NCBI RefSeq assembly: GCF_009914755.1
Contig: NC_060926.1
DNA: 64,000 nucleotides
Reading direction: 5' to 3' (one strand)
Source of the DNA: the human T2T-CHM13v2.0 reference genome, Homo sapiens
The notes below the pieces were generated by a model. That model was not told the origin of the DNA. It saw only the letters and a program-made list of their open reading frames with translations, and did no database searches. Position 1 is the first letter of the stretch. Each line of letters opens with the position of its first letter. Of the stretch, positions 43,426-56,075 are shown piece by piece. Made by a program: the position numbers and the translations under genes.

Positions 43426-44421
43426 TTTTATGGAGCAAAAGCCTGTATTTAACCATGTTTTTCTGATGCTTTGACAGAATTTTGGGGCCTTCCTGACCCT
43501 GGAGGGACTGCCCCTCCCAGGGCTGGCCAATGTCTAAAAATAGTAAATTTTCTAGAGATAGTGAAGGACTAGCCTGCAAGTACACCTTTCCTATACAAAC
43601 CAGCCAATCCAGAGCCACACCCAGCCACCTCCTTTATGGGCTGTCACACCCCAGGCAGAAATTCCCCAGCCCTGATCACCCCAGGGCATCGGAGAATTAA
43701 GGACAACCCCCACATGCTAGAGCCTGCTGAAATTAATGCAAGCAGTCAATCCCAAACCCACTGAAATTACTCAAAGTAGCCAATCCTAAACCCACTGAAT
43801 TTAATGCAAAGTGGCCAATTCTAAACCCACTGAAATTATGCAAAATAGTTAATCCTAAACCTGCTGAAATGATGCATAGTAGCCAATCCTAAACGCACAG
43901 AAATTATTCAAAGTAGCCAATCCTAAACGCACTGAAATTATGCAAAGTAGCCAATCCTAAACCCACTGAAATGATTCAAAGTAGCCAATCCTAAACCCAC
44001 TGGAGTTACTCAAAGTAGCCAATCCTAAACCCACTGAAATTACGCAAAGTAGCTAATCCTAAAACCACTGAAATGATTCAAAGTAGCCAATCCGAAACCT
44101 ACTGAAATTATTCAAAGTAGCTAATCCAGTAATTCCATTGGAATTACTCAAAGTAGCTAATCATAAACCAAATGAAATGATTCAAAGTAGCCAATCCTAA
44201 GTCCACTCAGCTGCCTACCCTGCCTCTTCTTCCAGGAAAAGCCACAGTCAAGGTTCTTGCCCATACGTACCCTCGCTCCTTCTGCCTCCCCACGTGGTCC
44301 TGTACAGCGTGGCTGCCCCCTCCTGGGGTCTATGAATAATAAACTGTCTTTTCGATGGTAGTCGTCTCCTGATCTGTTGACCTCCCCATACGAATAATAA
44401 TAAAACCCATCTTTTTAAACA
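43426..44421 (+). mobile_element. MER39-like solo LTR containing an internal minisatellite
   Basis: gaccctggagggactgcccctcccaggg...ggtagtcgtctcctgatctgttg...aataataataaaaccc...ttttaaaca; 5' boundary approximate. Confidence 0.7.
43727..44205. repeat. Minisatellite, 14 units of ~34 bp (consensus CTGAAATTATTCAAAGTAGCCAATCCTAAACCCA)
   Basis: Units start at 43727, 43761, 43795, 43830, 43864, 43898, 43932, 43966, 44000, 44034, 44068, 44102, 44138, 44172. Confidence 0.97.
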
Positions 44422-46723
44422 AGGCCTCTGTGTCGGGCACTGTTACTACAGCAGTAAAACAGATCAGCGTGTAACTTTCTTGTGTTTGTGTCTTTTTGTA
44501 TTTGATTTTCATTCACTCAACAAATATTTATCTACTAAGGTGATAAACATCAGCCAGCCAAAGTTCCTGCTAGGAAATTTTTTGAAAAGGAAGAAGGAAG
44601 ACCCCTTTATTAGAGTGGTGAGTTCATATAACTTTTCATTAAATCACTGCTACGGAAGCGTTAACAAAAGTTACAGCCACTGTTGGATCTTCTATGAAAA
44701 CTGTTCAGGAGAACTTCAAATTTATTCCTTTTTCATTTTCCCAGGACTTGATTGTACTTTCTAAGAAAGATTGAAACCTCTCCAGGGGAGCCAGGCTCAC
44801 AGTAAGAGGTCTTTCCCTCCATGTCAGGAATGAAAGATTCATCCCGAACTCTCCATAATTGTATCTAACCTCACGGCAAACCTTCTCCACCAAGGATGCC
44901 ATCATTACTTTTGCAGAGTAAACTGTTCCCTCACAGTGTCCCCCTCTATTAAGTTGAATCTCTTGTTTGTAATTTCAGAATATTGCTTCTTTGAAGTGAG
45001 GGAAGGAAGTGGTGGAGGGAAGGTGTTTTTTCATAGTGGTGTTTAATAGCTAAACTAAAGGACGCTGAGGACTGTATTTCAGTCAGGGGTTGTATTCGGT
45101 GACATTAGGACACTCTTGGTTGCAGGCTGCACAAGTCCAACTTGTTCTATCTTTTAATTGAAAGGAGGAAGCTCTTTCAGTTTATTGAGACACTCTTGGG
45201 ATGTCCAGTGTTCTTGAGAGAAGAGTTGAACAGCTGACCTGCAGGCAGGGCAGTAGCATCTGGGTCTCACAGCTGAAATGCCCCCAAAGTGCCCATCGCC
45301 ACCGTGTCTGCATTCTTCCCTTCTAGGCAGAACCGCTTCTTCCAAAAGATGTCAGGAAATCACCCACTGGCTTATCTTGAGCTGGCTCTAGGGAGCTGGG
45401 ATCATGTTGGAATGATGGCAGCTCCAGTGAAGTTTGTGGTTGGAGCAGAAGGAATAATTCCTAGAAGACAGCAGGTCCTCTTCCCAGAAGGCAGTGAGTC
45501 GCACAGACAAAAGAGCCATCTTGAAGTTGTCATTTCAGTTTGTAGAATGCAGTCTGAAGCCTCTCTCTGCCACAGGTTATTGGGGGCCCCTCACAAAATG
45601 TCTTTCTGCCCCATCTTTTCATTCAGGCTTGTTTCCTCTTCACAGTACCCTCCCACCCGCCATCCCAGATGGCTGAGCCCACACCGGCCCCAGCAACTCC
45701 CTGCGCCTCTGCCCACGAGGGAGGCCTGGCCCCTTCCCACCTCCACCCTGCGTCTCCTCATGCCCCGCAGCACCTGCCTGGGGCACTGATGAGGGTGCTT
45801 ATGGGGGCCAGTCGTGCGTGTGTTCTCCTCCCCCCAGACACACAGGGATCCTGTTCCACCCATCCTTGGTCCCCAGGGCCTGGCACACAGAAAGCACAGA
45901 AATCAGTATTTGCCTAGTAGCTGGAGGACCTCATGACCAATGCCTCATAACGGTGTTCAGGTAATTTGGAAGGTGGCCATCTGCCCACCCATCTGCCTTG
46001 TGCAGTCTGGATTCTTCTGTCAGTCAATCCATATTTACTAATAACGTCTTTGGGTCCAGCAATCAGGGTTACAAGATACAGTCAAGTCAGAGTTTTTGTC
46101 CTGAGAGCTTCGAGTCTAATTACCGAAAAACAACAAACAGAGAAAACAATTAGAAGGCAATTAAGTCCTGGCTGTGAGGTGCTGACTGTGAGTGTCAGGG
46201 TAATGACTCAATGCTGAGGGCTTGTCCCTACATGGTGGGGGCATGACCTCACCTGTTGGGTCAGGCTGGGAGCAGGTAACAGCCTTGTGGGGTCTTGGGC
46301 TCTCGCTGGGAGAGGCCTAGCATGGTGCCCGGCACATCTTAGGTGCTCAGGTGCCACGCCTCTCTTTGCGTCTTTGTGAGCCTCCGTTTTCCTGCCTGAA
46401 AATTGTTGACAAAACCGTACCCTCCAGGGCTCTGGGCCATTCGAGGACTTAGGTGCAACACCAGCAGAGTTTCTGACACAGGATAGACCCTAGGTAAACA
46501 GGTGTTACCGCATCAACAGCAAAAGCAAGGCTGTCCCAAGGGGAAAGTGAAGGCTGACTCACAGGTAGCGTTTAGAGAGGCAGGCCTTTCTCCCTGAGAA
46601 AAGAATTAATGGGAAAATGATACTTACCTGCTATTGTACTGGATCTGGGAGTCCCAGGCCATGGTTATTTCTCCATCTGTGAGTTGGTTTGGCTTGCATT
46701 GGCTGGTTTGGAGTTCATGGTGA

Positions 46724-47446
<723 letters not shown>

Positions 47447-48081
47447 TTCAAAATTTTGTAGTCAAATTTTATCACCATTTATTTAGTTTCTGATTTTCTT
47501 GCTCCTGCCTTTAAAATACTTGTTTAAAAGGCATCATGGATTAATTTTGATTAATTTTGTACATAATTTCCCTAAACATAAGCCCCAGGTATCTTGTGAT
47601 GTGTGATGGGTGTTTCTAGCTGCCTGTGGGGCTTCCCCATGTGGGGACTCTCCTTGCTCAGACTGACTCTCGTTCCCTCCCTAACCTCTGCTCCCAGCCC
47701 TCCTGCTTTGCATGTGGGATCTGCAGGGAAGAAGGGGGCTGTGCTGGGCGGGGTGCAGCCCATCACCACAGAGCCGCCTGGGTCTCCACTCGCCACTGCT
47801 GAGGCTGCCCTGCTTATCGGTAGAAACCTTTGTGGGTTTCTTGGGTTGAGAAAGCAGCAGGAGAATTTGGTGACCTCTAATAAGCCACCCCAAACTCCAA
47901 TCAGATCTTGAACTTGCAAACTCAGCTCCCCTGACAGAATGGAACCACTCCTGGGTCACTTAGGAGAGCCACAATGTCCTGTTGTCCAGGGAGTGTGCCT
48001 CGATGCTTGTGAAGCTGGAAGGATAACAAGACAAGAGGACAAAAGTGGCTCTGAAGGAAGTGTTGGGTATTTCTCATTTCT

Positions 48082-48411
<330 letters not shown>

Positions 48412-48584
48412 TAACACACCTAGTATGTGGCTGTGACCCATTTCATTATATTAATAGCTCTCAAGTCTTTTAGAATAATCTTAAGCTATTTGGTTAACTT
48501 CTGAGCTCAATAAGCACACAGTAACTCTTAGATCTGAGTCTCCTTCATATTCTATATTTTTAATTTAACCTCAAAATAGATTCC

Positions 48585-48752
48585 TAGCCTCCCTGTGAAG
48601 GTGTTGGGAGCCTCCAGAAGGGAGCATAGCCTGCCCACACCTGCTATTAGCCCAGCGAGGCTGCACCTCAGGTGTCATCAGATCAGACATCGTGCTGGTT
48701 TCAGCCACTAAGCCTGTGGTAATCCATCACAGCAGCCATAGAAGCTGCTACA
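48585..48752 (+). mobile_element. MLT1 (MaLR) LTR 3' fragment
   Basis: gagcctccagaagggagcatagcc...agccactaagcctgtggtaat...cagcagccatagaagctgctaca. Confidence 0.7.
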
Positions 48753-49234
48753 GGTGTTTATAGAGTAAGAGTTGTTACTTTTATCCTAGAGAGAACGGAG
48801 ACTGGTGGTTTTATGTTTCAGAACAGATAAAAAGAATGATGAGATCAGGCTGGTGTGACAACTCAAGGTGCCTGGGAGATGTTCCAGATACAAACCAAAT
48901 AATATGTTTCTTTTCCTCTATGTATGACGAAGCCTCTCACTGGCCGAGTCTTGGGCCTTGCCCATGGATGGGTTAACCGGGTGTGGCAGCCTGGAGCCCT
49001 GTGCTGGGAGGACTCAGAATCTGAGATTCACTGGATGGGAAAGAGCCCTGCGGGCCTGGAGGTAACCTCGGCGGGGCAGGGGCTGTGAGAGCGTCTCCCA
49101 GGGCCCTCCTGGGCAGTCCAAGCACGCACAGGTGGTGAAGCATGATGCAAGCTGGCAAAAGCATGGGAGTGGGGTTGCCCTCAGTCACGGGCCCCCCACA
49201 TCAGGGCGCACATGCCCCTAATAAGCATCTGTTT

Positions 49235-49955
49235 CTTTCATTCATCTAGCAAACGCTTATTGATCACTGCCCCCACGCAGCCCTGTGCTAGGCACTGAGG
49301 ATGTCCCTGGAGCAGATCAAAAGCCCAGCCCTCATGTTCTTCAAGTTCCAGCTGGGGAAATAAACCTTAAACTGAGCCAAGTACCTGATGTTCTCCCTTG
49401 TAGGAAGCACCAGGAAGGAGGGAAGGAGGAATGTGGAGGGGTGCTAGTCCAGGGACCCCACTTTGAGAACCACTTCTCTAGTTTATTAAGAGTTCTCAAG
49501 ATAGAAGAGGTTGCAACTTAAATAGAGTGATCGCGGGGCCTCGACACCGCAGTGGTGTTTGAGCAGAGGTGTGAAGGCAGCGAGAGGGCAAGCAACGTGC
49601 ACATATGGGATCCAAGGGCTCTCAGCAGGGAGCTCGGCTAATGCAAAGACCCTGTGGTGGGATGAGGAAGAGGCAAATGCATCTCAAGCAGAGAGAACAG
49701 GGGAGTAGTAGGAGATGAGGTCAGAGAGGCCAAAGGGCAGCCTATAAGGCCCTGACGTTATTTAAGGCAGCAGTGTTTCCTGGGGTGAGAGGGAAGCCAT
49801 GGGAGCCTTCTGAGCGGAGCTGACTGCAGGGGGTGGGAATGGAAGCAGGGAGCCCAGGGCGGTGGCTGCTGCGAGTCAGGTGACAGATGGCAGTGGCTTG
49901 GCCCTCGGTGCTAGCAGTGGAGCTGGAGGAAAGGAGCCCGACTCTGGATTTATTG
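49235..49955 (-). mobile_element. L2 fragment
   Basis: ttcattcatctagcaaacgcttattga...tgtgctaggcactgaggat...tttgagcagagg...ggagatgaggtcagagagg. Confidence 0.7.
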
Positions 49956-50075
49956 TACTGTGATCAGTTGAATCGCAGTAGCCTAATCTGTGTAGAGATA
50001 AGATTGTGAAAATTAGTAGTGGGAGGGTGAAAGATACATGTATAAGAAAGGGGTGATCTCATTGATGTTCTGCAT

Positions 50076-50252
50076 CAGTGGTTCTGGAAGTTATGTGTGC
50101 ATCACAATCACCTGGAGGGCCCAAGACGTGTGGCTGGTCCCACCCCCAGGTCATTCAGGACACCCGAGAGAAGGCCTCAGAATCTGCATTTCTCACTACT
50201 TCACAGTTGATGCTGATCCTGCTGGTCCAGGGACCCCACTTTGAGAACCACT
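50076..50252. mobile_element. MER5A-like DNA transposon
   Basis: cagtggttct...aatcacctggaggg...gaatctgcatttct...gctggtccagggaccccactttgagaaccact. Confidence 0.85.
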
Positions 50253-50549
50253 TCTCTAGTTTATTAAATGTTCTCAGGACAGGAACAGCATCAACTCAAT
50301 GTCTCAAGTGGCGGGGAATTTAGGGATCATTTAATCCCACTGTTGTAAGCCATATGCTTCCCCAGGCAGGCAACAAATGCAGGGAGCATTGTAAGACCCT
50401 GGGCACCTTGGAAGCCAGAAGGTCTGCGGGGGGGATTTGGGGTCCACTGGTGTGCAATCTCTGACGCCCGCCCCTCATTGGCTTTAACAGATCAGGAGGC
50501 CCAGGCCCAAGGAGACTGTGGTTACCCTAACTGCTATGAAAATACGTAG

Positions 50550-51447
50550 AGTGAGGACTAAAAATAAAACCCTAAGCCCCCAGCAAGCTGAGTGGACTCC
50601 CTCTTGGCCAAGGGGGCCCCAGAGAAACCTTAAAGAAAATTCTGGGCCATAACGGGATGGGAGGTCTGTCTCATTATATAATACCTTCTCCCTTTTGCAG
50701 TTTAGACAAAACTGCCCGGCATTAATGTTATAATAGAGACCATAAGACTGACAGAACAAACTCATTATGGTACCAAATTATAAACAAGACCTAAGGCCAT
50801 GGCAGGGAAGGGTTAAGTCATGCACCCAACATTTAAAGAATAAACTAGGTTCTAACTGCCAGAGGTTGTTCTCTCTAGCAGCTAAACCAGCATTGGCCTT
50901 GACATAAGCAATGTTGAACTAGTTGCAGCTCATCCACCACCAGACACTGACTAACTCACCCCCTTTCCACCAGCCATAACTACAGCTTTGATTGGACAAG
51001 AGACTGATTTCTGTAACTTTCTCCTGATAAGAGATCACAGGCCATGGACTGGTTCTGGCTGGTTTACAGAGGCCGACCACTTGGGTGTGTTGACGCCCTG
51101 CTTCACCTTTTGACATATAGGGCCTAATTATAATGCATTTAAATGTTACGTCTCCACCCCAAGGAGACCCTGGGATGTATATAACATGCATGTTTGCTTA
51201 TCACACATGTGCAAGACCCCCTTTCATGAATATTCATGGCTCCTCCCATATCCTGTTGAATATGTATACCAGTTAAGCTGAAATTCCTGTCTTCTCCTTC
51301 CCTCCCTCCAAGTGCCTGCCTTTATGGCTTTGGCTGGAGGCTACACCTCCCAGCATATCGGAATGCCCACCTTATAGTCTGTAACCCTTTATAAGAAATA
51401 AAACTCTCCTGTCCAAAGTTATAGATTTCCTGATTTTTCCGTTTACA
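50550..51447 (+). mobile_element. MER4-family (MER4D-like) ERV1 solo LTR
   Basis: aaaaataaaaccctaagcccccc...ttggccaagggggccccagagaaacc...ttcatgaatattcat...aaataaaactctcc...ttaca. Confidence 0.75.
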
Positions 51448-52122
51448 ATAGCAACTAAAAAGTTCAACCTGTTAATTTTATCAAATACTGACCAGCCCTG
51501 ATTCCTGAATTGTGTTAACATAGTGATTCATTTGAAGTGAAAAAAGACAAATTGTAACTAGTTCTCGTATAAAGCAGTATGCATGTTATGTGCCTGTATT
51601 TGCCTAAAAATATATGTCTGTGTGGATAAGTCTAGATAACGAGATTATGGATAATGTTTACTTTCTTCATTTATATAGGCTTGGAATTTTTTAAAGCTTG
51701 TTCATAATTCTTAAATGGCTTGGATTTCTTAAAACCTATGCATAAGTTTTAAGAGGGGAAAATACAGTGATTTTTGGTTGAAAATAAGAGCATCTTGATC
51801 TCTGTTAGTACCCTAGTTTAGCCACAAGATGGAGTAGTTTACAACCGAATAAGCAACGGAAGAGGATGCAATTCCTGCCCCACTCCTGGATTTAATCTAG
51901 TGATTCATGCGCATTTTAATGCCTCTTGAAAACATCAGGCATATTAATTATCCTTTCTAATCCATCTTTTGCAGATGAATCTCTAAATTCTGATTTTTTC
52001 TTATGCTTACATTGAGCCTATAATTATCTCGCCTATTGCATTGATTCCTTTCAATGAAAGAGGTAAATTATTAGAGAAGACTAGAAGCCAGAGCTAGGGT
52101 ACTAGAAAAAAGCAGCAGCAGC

Positions 52123-52515
<393 letters not shown>

Positions 52516-54044
52516 TAGAATGGCTACCATTTGACTTTGAGTTGCCATTTCAAAATGCCTATTTGTATCAATGTTTTGAACCATTCATAAACTCTCTAAA
52601 TGTTAGTGTACCCAAAAAAGATAAAAATAGAGATAATTTAACTCAAAATAGAAGAAAAATATTAAGAGGCTGAGGCTTAGGACTGCAGTCTATCCTAAGA
52701 CTTGGGCGCGAGGAAGGTAGGGGTTCTATGACAAGCTGCTAGTGGGCTCCTCCAGGGACATGCCCCAGTAGAATGAAAGCTACGTACCCGTGTGCTGGAT
52801 ACAGGACTGGCAAGGACGGCTGTCTCTGCCCTGCCTGCCATTCGCAACCCATCCCGGCATGGCTCCTGGGCTGGGAATGTTGTTGAAGGTTTAGCGAGCA
52901 TCTTTTCTATTAGAAGCATCCAAGCACACTTTGGACTGCGGGAAGGAGACACCCATTACCATCGACACTCAATCTCAACATCAGAGGTGAGGAGCTTTGA
53001 ATGGAATGGCCACACCACATAAAATCCATTCTATTAGGCCTCGATACTATCAGGTAGAGAGGAAAAAATCCAGTGATGTTCTGTTTTAAATAGGGTAATA
53101 GCTAATAAGATATAAGGCTACTTTTTCTTCTTGTTGTTTTAATGAGAACTGTAGCATTAGGATTCAAAACAAGCTTTCCAAATAGAAAAAGAAAAAAAAA
53201 ATGTCAGCCATAATCTTACCATTATCTCCAGCCAACAGCTAGTATCAGTTTAGGGATTCTCTTGTAATGTACTTTCATGGGAAAGCATACTTCACATAGT
53301 TGCAATTAGAGTATACATACAATTTTAGGACGGATTTTCCATTTACTATCATAACCATGTTTCTGTGTAGCTATAAGCTTCGTAATTATAACTTTAATGA
53401 CCTCATAATATTCCATCCATTGAGCATATGTTCCATAATTTACTTAACTCGTTTCCATGCCATTAGCCACATGTGCTTTTTAAAAATAATATTGTAAATA
53501 ATGTGCCGGGAGCATAATTGTACGGATGCTTTTTCTTTCATTTACCCTTTGGGTAAATTTCCAAAACTAACTTTATATCCATTGCCAAATAACTTCCCAA
53601 AAGGACTTTGCCATTTCCGATGTGTGTGTCCCAGCCTCGCTGTGTCAAGATCAGCTTTGAGAGATTGCATTTTCCAAAGGCTGTGGCTTCCCCATGGCCC
53701 TGTGCAGTGCCTGCCCAGCCACTCTCCTCTCTGGTCTGAGGCAGCCCTCCTCTACTGAAGGGGAATGCTCGTAAACTTGAGCTCCTCCTCTTGTCCTCTG
53801 ACCTCCCAGGCCTGGTCCCCCTGACCACCTTTCTGCACTGGTTTTTGTCTCTCTAACTGTGAATGAGCTCAAGATCTTCCATTGGCCTCCCGCAGGCCAG
53901 GCCTTAGGAACTACTGCCTGTTCCCCTAGTCCCCGGATGCACACTTCTCCTGACGTCTATACTCCATGTACACCCACACTCTCCTTTATGCCTCAGTCCG
54001 GGGCAAGATGGCCCCTGCTCCTACCCTTTCCAAAGAATGTCCCT

Positions 54045-54900
54045 TTGTAAGGTCACCAGCAATGTTGCCTGCAGAAGTCAGTGGGCACTGTTTTGGTCCC
54101 ATTTAATTTGATCTCTTTGAGGCATTTGATACCATCCTTCCAGAAATATTTCCCCCACCTTGGCTTCCATATCCTTCTACCCTTCTGATGCTTCCCACCA
54201 AATGCCTGCTGTCCCCTCTTTGTTGAACCAGTCCCTAACCATTGGTTTTCCCCCAGAAGGGAGCACAGTGCAGGTTAATGCACGTGTGGCAATGCAGTGG
54301 GGCCTCACCCACTCTCTGCTGTCATGTCAGTTCTGAAATTTATAAGCCCTAGTGTGTTCTCACTGCCCCAGCTTTTCAACTCCCCATTCCTGGGTTTCAA
54401 TTTCCACCTCTTCTTTTCAGTTCCACACACATGATCCATGGACAAGCTCATCTACTTCCAAGATTCCAACTCTCCCCTATGCTAATGACTTCTCAATCTG
54501 TGTCTCCAACAAGATCTTGCTGTTGAATTTGATTCATACCATATGAGTTGGGCACCTGTATCCAAATGTCCTGTGGAATCTCAGATTCAGCAGGTACTGG
54601 ATAGAATCATTCTTTTCCCCTTCCACTACACCTGCCAATTTACCCATGTTCTCTTAGTCAATGGCACCACTCTCCACCTAGGTGATCAAGTTCAAAAGCT
54701 GTCTGTCATCCTAGACCCCTCCCCTTCCTCATACCCACAGTCACTCCGGGGAGCTTGTCCATCTCGCTCCCTAAGAATCTCAAGTCTCTGGCCACATGCC
54801 TATTCTTTATTGCTTCCTGAGCTCAGTTCACAGCTCTTGTCAGCTCCTGCCTGTATTATTCCCATGGCCCAGCAACAGCCTCCATGCATTATCTCACCCC
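54045..54900 (+). mobile_element. L2 fragment
   Basis: ggtcaccagcaatg...ggcatttgatacc...tatgctaatgacttctcaatc...aatggcaccactctccacc. Confidence 0.65.
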
Positions 54901-54919
54901 TCCCAGTCTGCCAGGAGAG

Positions 54920-55170
54920 GCCATGTGGTACAGTGTGAGTGCCGAGGCTCTGCAAGCTGACTGTCCAGATGCAGTTCCTGGCTCCGTCTTCTGCTGTCTG
55001 CAAACCTGGGTAGGTTCCACTGGCTCCTAAGTAAGATGGAGATAATAACAACATCAACCTCAAAAAAGTAGGTGTGAGGATGCGGCGGTTGTGAGGATTA
55101 AATGAGTTGATGCACGTCAAGTACTTTGCACAGCACCTAGCACACATTCAGTATTAGTTGTATTATCATC
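54920..55170 (+). mobile_element. MIR
   Basis: ttcctggctcc...gtgaggattaaatgagttgatgcacgtcaagtactttgcacagcacctagcacac. Confidence 0.7.
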
Positions 55171-55249
55171 ATCATCATCATCTTCTGCACCAGCAGGGAG
55201 CTCTTTCTAAAGGGTTTTTCCAACCACTATCCTGCTCAAAACCCATCCA

Positions 55250-55750
55250 TTTGAACAGATATTTGTACCCGTGTTCTTAGCAGCATTATTCACAACAGCC
55301 AAAAGTGAAAACAACCCAATGAGCATCGAGGGATGAGTGGATAAGCAAGACGTGGTGTATCACACAATGGAATGTCATCCAGCCTTTAAAGGGAAGGAGA
55401 TCTGACACATGCTGCGGCGTGGACAGACCTGGAGGATGCTGTGCTGCGGGAGACAGGCCAGTCACAGAAAGACAAATACTGTGTGATCCTACTCACAGGA
55501 AATACCTAGAGTGGACAGTCCATAGAGACAGAAAGTAGAATTGTGATTGCCAGAGGCTGGGGAGAGGGGAGTAGGGAGTTATTGTAGAATGGTTACGTTT
55601 AGTTGAATTACAATGGTTGAATTTAGTTGAGGAAGATGGAAAACTTCTGGAGATGGATGGTGGTGATGGTAGTGTGACAATGTGAATGTACTTAATGCCA
55701 CTGAACTTGTGCTTAAAATGGATAAAAGGGTAAATTTTATGTTATATACA
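55250..55750 (+). mobile_element. L1MB-like 3' end
   Basis: cagcattattcacaacagccaaaa...gaaaacttctggagatggatggtggtgatgg...aatgtacttaatgccactgaac. Confidence 0.88.
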
Positions 55751-56075
55751 TATATATATTTGTGTTATGTATTTATACATATTTATAAATTTATATATAT
55801 ATACATTTATGTTATGTATATTTATATGTTTATGTTTTTATAACATAAAAATATACATTGTATATATTTTTAATACATATAAAATATACAAATTATATAT
55901 AATTTAAATTATATATAAAATATTGTATATTTTATATTAAATATTTTGTATATAAAATATTTGCATAACAAAATAAAATATGTTATATATAAAACAAAAT
56001 GTATATATAATGTATGGTATTATATATTAAATATGCATACATATATAGTTTATGTGCATATGTACATATTTTTAA
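55740..56075. repeat. AT-rich (TA)n-like low-complexity expansion at the L1 3' end
   Basis: ~330 bp of almost pure A/T with TATA runs. Confidence 0.9.

Noticed and set aside
43727-44205. CRISPR-like array (regular ~34-bp periodicity)
   Set aside because: Units are head to tail with no unique spacers, there are no cas genes, and the context is primate DNA inside an LTR. It is a minisatellite.
45289-45789. 166-aa ORF
   Set aside because: Non-ATG start, no recognisable family, overlapped by several equally arbitrary ORFs in GC-richer sequence.
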